From a bacterium (GTDB taxonomy: Bacteria > JAAXHH01), in assembly GCA_963665755.1 (NCBI GenBank), contig OY762445.1, positions 146,224 through 210,223 on the forward strand: a DNA stretch of 64,000 nt. The letters run 5' to 3'. Shown here piece after piece: positions 60,244 to 64,000 of this stretch; position 1 is the stretch's first letter; the number at the start of each line of letters is the position of its first letter. The translations under genes were made by a program, and so were the position numbers. Under the pieces are notes generated by a model. The model did not search any database, was not told the DNA's origin, and was given only the letters and a program-made list of their open reading frames with translations.

Positions 60244-61239
60244 ATGGGTCTGAATATCGCGGTGGTTGGTTTGGGCGGCATCGGAAACAACCATGCCCGG
60301 AACTACCAGGCACATGAAGCGTGCACGATAGTGGCCGTTTGCGACGCCCTGAAGGACAAGGCCGATCAGGCGGCGCAGGCTTACGGCTGCAAGGCGTTCT
60401 ACAGCGTCGGCGACCTGCTGAACAGCGGACTGAAGGTGGACGTGGCCAGCGTCTGTACGGCTGGCGTGGAGAACGGCGGCGACCACTACGAACCGACGAT
60501 GGAATTGCTCGGTGGCGGCATCGCCGTGCTGGGCGAGAAGCCCATATCCAACGAGATCCCGAAGGCCAGGGAGATGGTCGCGCTGGCGCGGGATCGGGGC
60601 CTTCGCTACGGGATCAACCTGAACCACCGCTTCACGCCTGCCGCGCTGCGTGCGAAGGAGTGGGTCGAGGCAGACAGGCTGGGCGAACTCAATATCATCA
60701 ATATGACGATGTGGATCAACAACCCCAACGAGAGTTCGCCTCATTTCCACATGCGCGCGCTCCATCCCCATTCCATCGACGTGATGCGCTATTTCTGCGG
60801 CGACGTGGAAAAGGTCCAGGCCTTCTTCAAGAAGGGCAGGGGCCGGAAGATCTGGTCAAACGTGCAGGTCAACATGCTGTTCGAAAATGGTGTTGTGGGC
60901 CACCTGACGGGAAGCTACGACGCCGGGGGCAGTTATGGACTTGAAACCTGCGAAGTCGTGGGATCCGACGCCCGGTTCGTCATACGCGAAGCCTGCGAGC
61001 AACTGGAATATTACCCCAGGCATTCCCGGGAAGTAGAAACCTTTCAATACCTGGGCGGTATGATGGGATTCTCCGAGACTTTCGGTTCGCGGATTACGCG
61101 CTGGATCGAACAGAACCTGGAAGGCACGGCGCCTGAGGAGATCGACGCCAAAGCCGAGGATGCCTTGCGCGCCCAGTTGATCATTGAGAGTGCCATTGAA
61201 TCCTGGGATACCCATTCCGTGGTAACGGTACAATACTGA
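60244..61239 (+). CDS. Gfo/Idh/MocA family NAD(P)-dependent oxidoreductase
   Basis: AAGGAG SD. Rossmann motif VVGLGGIGNNHA. GEKP and a C-terminal alpha/beta domain. Confidence 0.8.
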   Translation: MGLNIAVVGLGGIGNNHARNYQAHEACTIVAVCDALKDKADQAAQAYGCKAFYSVGDLLNSGLKVDVASVCTAGVENGGDHYEPTMELLGGGIAVLGEKPISNEIPKAREMVALARDRGLRYGINLNHRFTPAALRAKEWVEADRLGELNIINMTMWINNPNESSPHFHMRALHPHSIDVMRYFCGDVEKVQAFFKKGRGRKIWSNVQVNMLFENGVVGHLTGSYDAGGSYGLETCEVVGSDARFVIREACEQLEYYPRHSREVETFQYLGGMMGFSETFGSRITRWIEQNLEGTAPEEIDAKAEDALRAQLIIESAIESWDTHSVVTVQY

Positions 61240-61327
61240 ATGGGAAACCGGTCCATACCGCTCGATCCGGTAATCGAGGGTCAGCCCGTTGCCCGTTCCA
61301 ATGCGTCAAAACACCAAAGGAGAGAAC

Positions 61328-62125
61328 ATGAAGCTCGGGGCAAACTCGGTACTGTTCGGTGGATACGACATGGAAACGGCTTTTAAATACCTGGCCATGG
61401 CCGGGTATGATGGCATAGAGGTGTCAGCGATCGGCGGCATGAGCGAGCATCTCGTCCTGTCGGACTGGCGGGCTATCGCGCCGGAAATCAAGCGGTTGTC
61501 GCGGGAGTACGGTCTGGAACTGCTGGCCATGGAGCAGCCGTCTCAGGATGAGGACATCATGGAAGCCGCTTTACAGGCCGCGTCCGAGACGGGCATCCCG
61601 ATCATCAACTGCGGACCCGGCGGATCCTCAGGCGACGAGGATAGCCTGCAGGCGTCCATTGACTCCCTTGGCCGGCTGGCGGACAGGGCGGAGACCTACG
61701 GTGTTACGCTCTGCGTCAAGGCCCACGTAGGCGCCAGTATTTTCGATACGCCAACGACGCTGAGGGCCATGGAAGCGATCTCTTCGCCCGCATTCGGAAT
61801 CGACATGGATCCCTCCCATATCCACCGTGCCGATGAAAACCCCGTGGAGGCCATCAAGGCGGTGCTTCCTCGCGTTCGGCATGTCCACATCCGCGACTGC
61901 AAGGGCCGTCAGGCTGGTCCGGGCGCGCCGGAGAACCAGGCCAACGGCCGCGGCGATATCGATCTGGTGGGCTATGTGCGAGCCCTTCACGAAGGCGGGT
62001 ACGACGGACCACTGAACCTCGAGGTCATCGGGGCAAAAGAGTATTCGCTGGAGCAGTGCTGCGTAATCGCCGCAGAGACCCGGGGACACATGCAGGCGTG
62101 TCTGCAGGCATGCGGAGCGCGGTAG
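61328..62125 (+). CDS. sugar phosphate isomerase/epimerase (xylose-isomerase-like TIM barrel)
   Basis: AAGGAGAG SD. AP_endonuc_2-like barrel; 266 aa. Confidence 0.75.
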   Translation: MKLGANSVLFGGYDMETAFKYLAMAGYDGIEVSAIGGMSEHLVLSDWRAIAPEIKRLSREYGLELLAMEQPSQDEDIMEAALQAASETGIPIINCGPGGSSGDEDSLQASIDSLGRLADRAETYGVTLCVKAHVGASIFDTPTTLRAMEAISSPAFGIDMDPSHIHRADENPVEAIKAVLPRVRHVHIRDCKGRQAGPGAPENQANGRGDIDLVGYVRALHEGGYDGPLNLEVIGAKEYSLEQCCVIAAETRGHMQACLQACGAR

Positions 62126-62137
62126 GGAGTATACCAA

Positions 62138-62800
62138 GTGAAAATACCGACTTCTGACAAACTGTTGTCCGAAGGGAAGATAAAACAGGCAATGGAATGG
62201 TCATATGAAAAGGCAGTAAACGGTGTTGCGGGTCTTGGCACAGCGATAGAATTAGCCGAGAACTACATGGAGACAAATGACTCTCCCATTAAGCAGGCAG
62301 ATTCATTGATACGATGGCAAATTACCAAGGCAGGAACGACTGGATTTGTTACGGGATTAGGTGGTTTAGTAACAATGCCTGTGACCGTGCCCGTTAACAT
62401 TGCCAGTGTACTTTATGTTCAAATCAGAATGATTGCGGCAATTGCTCATATCGGCGGCCATGATTTGAGCGATGATCGTATAAAAACTCTAGTTTATGTG
62501 TGTTTAGTAGGAAACGGTGCAAGAGAGGTAATTCAAGAAACTGGCATCATCATTTCAAAAAACCTTACAAAGGGTGCAATAAAAGCGATACCGGGCAAAT
62601 CTCTAATCGCAATTAATAAGAAAGTAGGATTTCGCCTGTTAACGAAATTCGGAGAAAAAGGTGCCGTTAATTTAGGTAAAGTGGTTCCGGTGGCTGGTGG
62701 GATAGTAGGGTTCGCAGTTGATGCTGTGACTACGAAACTGATTGGTAAAGTTGCTAAAAACGTATTTATAACAGAAGATTGTGATGAATCAAATAGTTGA
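62138..62800 (+). CDS. EcsC family protein (low-GC gene)
   Basis: 220 aa, EcsC-like from memory. GC about 42% versus about 62% around it. GTG start 12 bp after the upstream gene, and 13 bp before the downstream gene. Confidence 0.6.
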   Translation: MKIPTSDKLLSEGKIKQAMEWSYEKAVNGVAGLGTAIELAENYMETNDSPIKQADSLIRWQITKAGTTGFVTGLGGLVTMPVTVPVNIASVLYVQIRMIAAIAHIGGHDLSDDRIKTLVYVCLVGNGAREVIQETGIIISKNLTKGAIKAIPGKSLIAINKKVGFRLLTKFGEKGAVNLGKVVPVAGGIVGFAVDAVTTKLIGKVAKNVFITEDCDESNS

Positions 62801-62813
62801 ATAGAGGCGCAAC

Positions 62814-63917
62814 ATGAAAATCACCAAGCTGGAGACGTTCCTGGTCAAGCCCCGCTGGCTTTTTCTCAAGATCCACACCGACGAGGGCCTGGTGGGACTC
62901 GGCGAGCCTATACTGGAGGGCCGGGCGAAGACCTGCGCGCAGGCCGTGGCGGAACTGGAACCCTACCTGGTCGGCAAAGACCCCACCCGGGTGGTCCACC
63001 ACTGGCAGGCCATGTACCGCCACGCCTTCTACCGTGGCGGTCCGATCCTGACCAGCGCGCTCAGTGGGGTGGAGCAGGCGCTGTGGGACCTCGCAGGCAA
63101 GGCCCTGGGCGTCCCGGTATACCAGATGCTCGGCGGTCCCACGCGCGACCGGATCCGAATCTACAAGGGCGGAGGAGACCCGGAAACCATCAAGGACTGG
63201 ATCGCGCAGGGTTTCACCTGTTTCAAGACGGGACCGTACAAGGAACGGCCGTCCCGGATCATAGAGAACAAGGCGTTTATCGACACGGCAGCCGATCATT
63301 TCGCGCGGTTACGGGAAGTCGCCGGACCGGAAATCGATCTTGCCATCGACTTCCACGGCGCGATCAGCCCCCAGACGGCCAAGGTGCTCATCAAGGAACT
63401 CGAACCCTACCAGCCTTTCTTCGTGGAAGAGCCCGTTCAGTGCCAGAACGTCGACGTGCTCGCGGAAATCGCCCGGGGTACTCATCTGCCAATCGCCACG
63501 GGCGAACGCGTCTTCACCAAGTGGGGGTTCCGGGAGATACTGGAGAAGCAGGCCGCGTCCATTCTGCAGCCGGACCTGTGCCACGCGGGAGGCATCTTCG
63601 AAGTAAGACTGATCGCGGGCATGGCGGAGGCCTATTACGGTGGCATCGCGCCGCACAATCCCCTGGGGCCCATTTCTCTGGCAGCCTGCCTGCAATTGGA
63701 CGCCTCAATCCCCAATTTCGTCGCCCAGGAGCATACCACGCTGGGCGAGGGATACCTGAAAAAGCCCTTCGTCTTCAAGGATGGATTCGTGGAACTGCCC
63801 ACGGAACCGGGGCTCGGGATCGAGCTGGACGACGATGCCATGGAGGACAAGATCGACCACGACTGGCGGAACGGAGAGAGTTACCTGGCCGACGACGGTT
63901 CCGTGGTGGACTGGTAG
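62814..63917 (+). CDS. enolase-superfamily D-galactonate dehydratase family protein
   Basis: MKITKLETFLVKPRWLFLKIHTDEGLVGLGEP N-terminus typical of the DgoD/mandelate racemase subgroup; full-length barrel. Confidence 0.8.
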   Translation: MKITKLETFLVKPRWLFLKIHTDEGLVGLGEPILEGRAKTCAQAVAELEPYLVGKDPTRVVHHWQAMYRHAFYRGGPILTSALSGVEQALWDLAGKALGVPVYQMLGGPTRDRIRIYKGGGDPETIKDWIAQGFTCFKTGPYKERPSRIIENKAFIDTAADHFARLREVAGPEIDLAIDFHGAISPQTAKVLIKELEPYQPFFVEEPVQCQNVDVLAEIARGTHLPIATGERVFTKWGFREILEKQAASILQPDLCHAGGIFEVRLIAGMAEAYYGGIAPHNPLGPISLAACLQLDASIPNFVAQEHTTLGEGYLKKPFVFKDGFVELPTEPGLGIELDDDAMEDKIDHDWRNGESYLADDGSVVDW

Positions 63918-64000
63918 AGAGAGCGAACAAGACGAAAACCATCGGCTATGGCCGCCAGCGGGTCGGGAAGTCCGGGGTTCATTTCCAGGCTCACCGGACC

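Overview
This is a high-GC (about 62%), densely coded bacterial chromosomal segment. There are no rRNA, tRNA, CRISPR, transposase or integrase signatures, so it is not a classical mobile island. I call about 50 CDS.

Housekeeping genes: polA, aceE (orphan E1), accD, purF, ndk, recD2, pcm, a PNP, a dCMP deaminase, a thioredoxin-TPR chaperedoxin, and a Nudix hydrolase.

One coherent catabolic electron-transfer module on the minus strand (15458-22969): 2-oxoacid:ferredoxin oxidoreductase alpha and beta-gamma subunits, then a membrane HdrD/DsrMK-like Fe-S oxidoreductase (EMO-type), then EtfA, EtfB and an acyl-CoA dehydrogenase.

Many accessory oxidoreductases and hydrolases:
- three 2OG/PhyH-type oxygenases
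- two cytoplasmic sulfatase-fold proteins
- two amidohydrolases, an MBL hydrolase, an M3 peptidase and an SMP-30 lactonase
- a Gfo/Idh/MocA - sugar-phosphate isomerase - DgoD-like dehydratase cluster

The most unusual content:
1. A tandem pair of paralogous proteins in which an N-terminal Rieske [2Fe-2S] domain is fused to a conserved ~480-aa domain I cannot assign. They are followed in the same operon by a Tat-signal sulfite-oxidase-family molybdoenzyme gene broken by two +1 frameshifts, and preceded by an 18-bp repeat array.
2. A PhyH-dioxygenase::HEAT-repeat fusion.
3. A FAD-reductase / NapH-like polyferredoxin pair translationally coupled behind a 2OG oxygenase.
4. Two large paralogous polytopic membrane proteins, one co-operonic with a Cys-type sulfatase.
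5. A second sulfatase-fold enzyme with Thr in place of the FGly cysteine.

Small low-GC insertions: an orphan HTH antitoxin next to a toxin remnant and a perfect palindrome, and an EcsC-family gene wedged into a sugar-acid operon.

There are several short tandem-repeat arrays in intergenic and coding DNA. Starts were chosen by SD motifs where visible. All family calls rest on motif recognition by eye; no searches were run.
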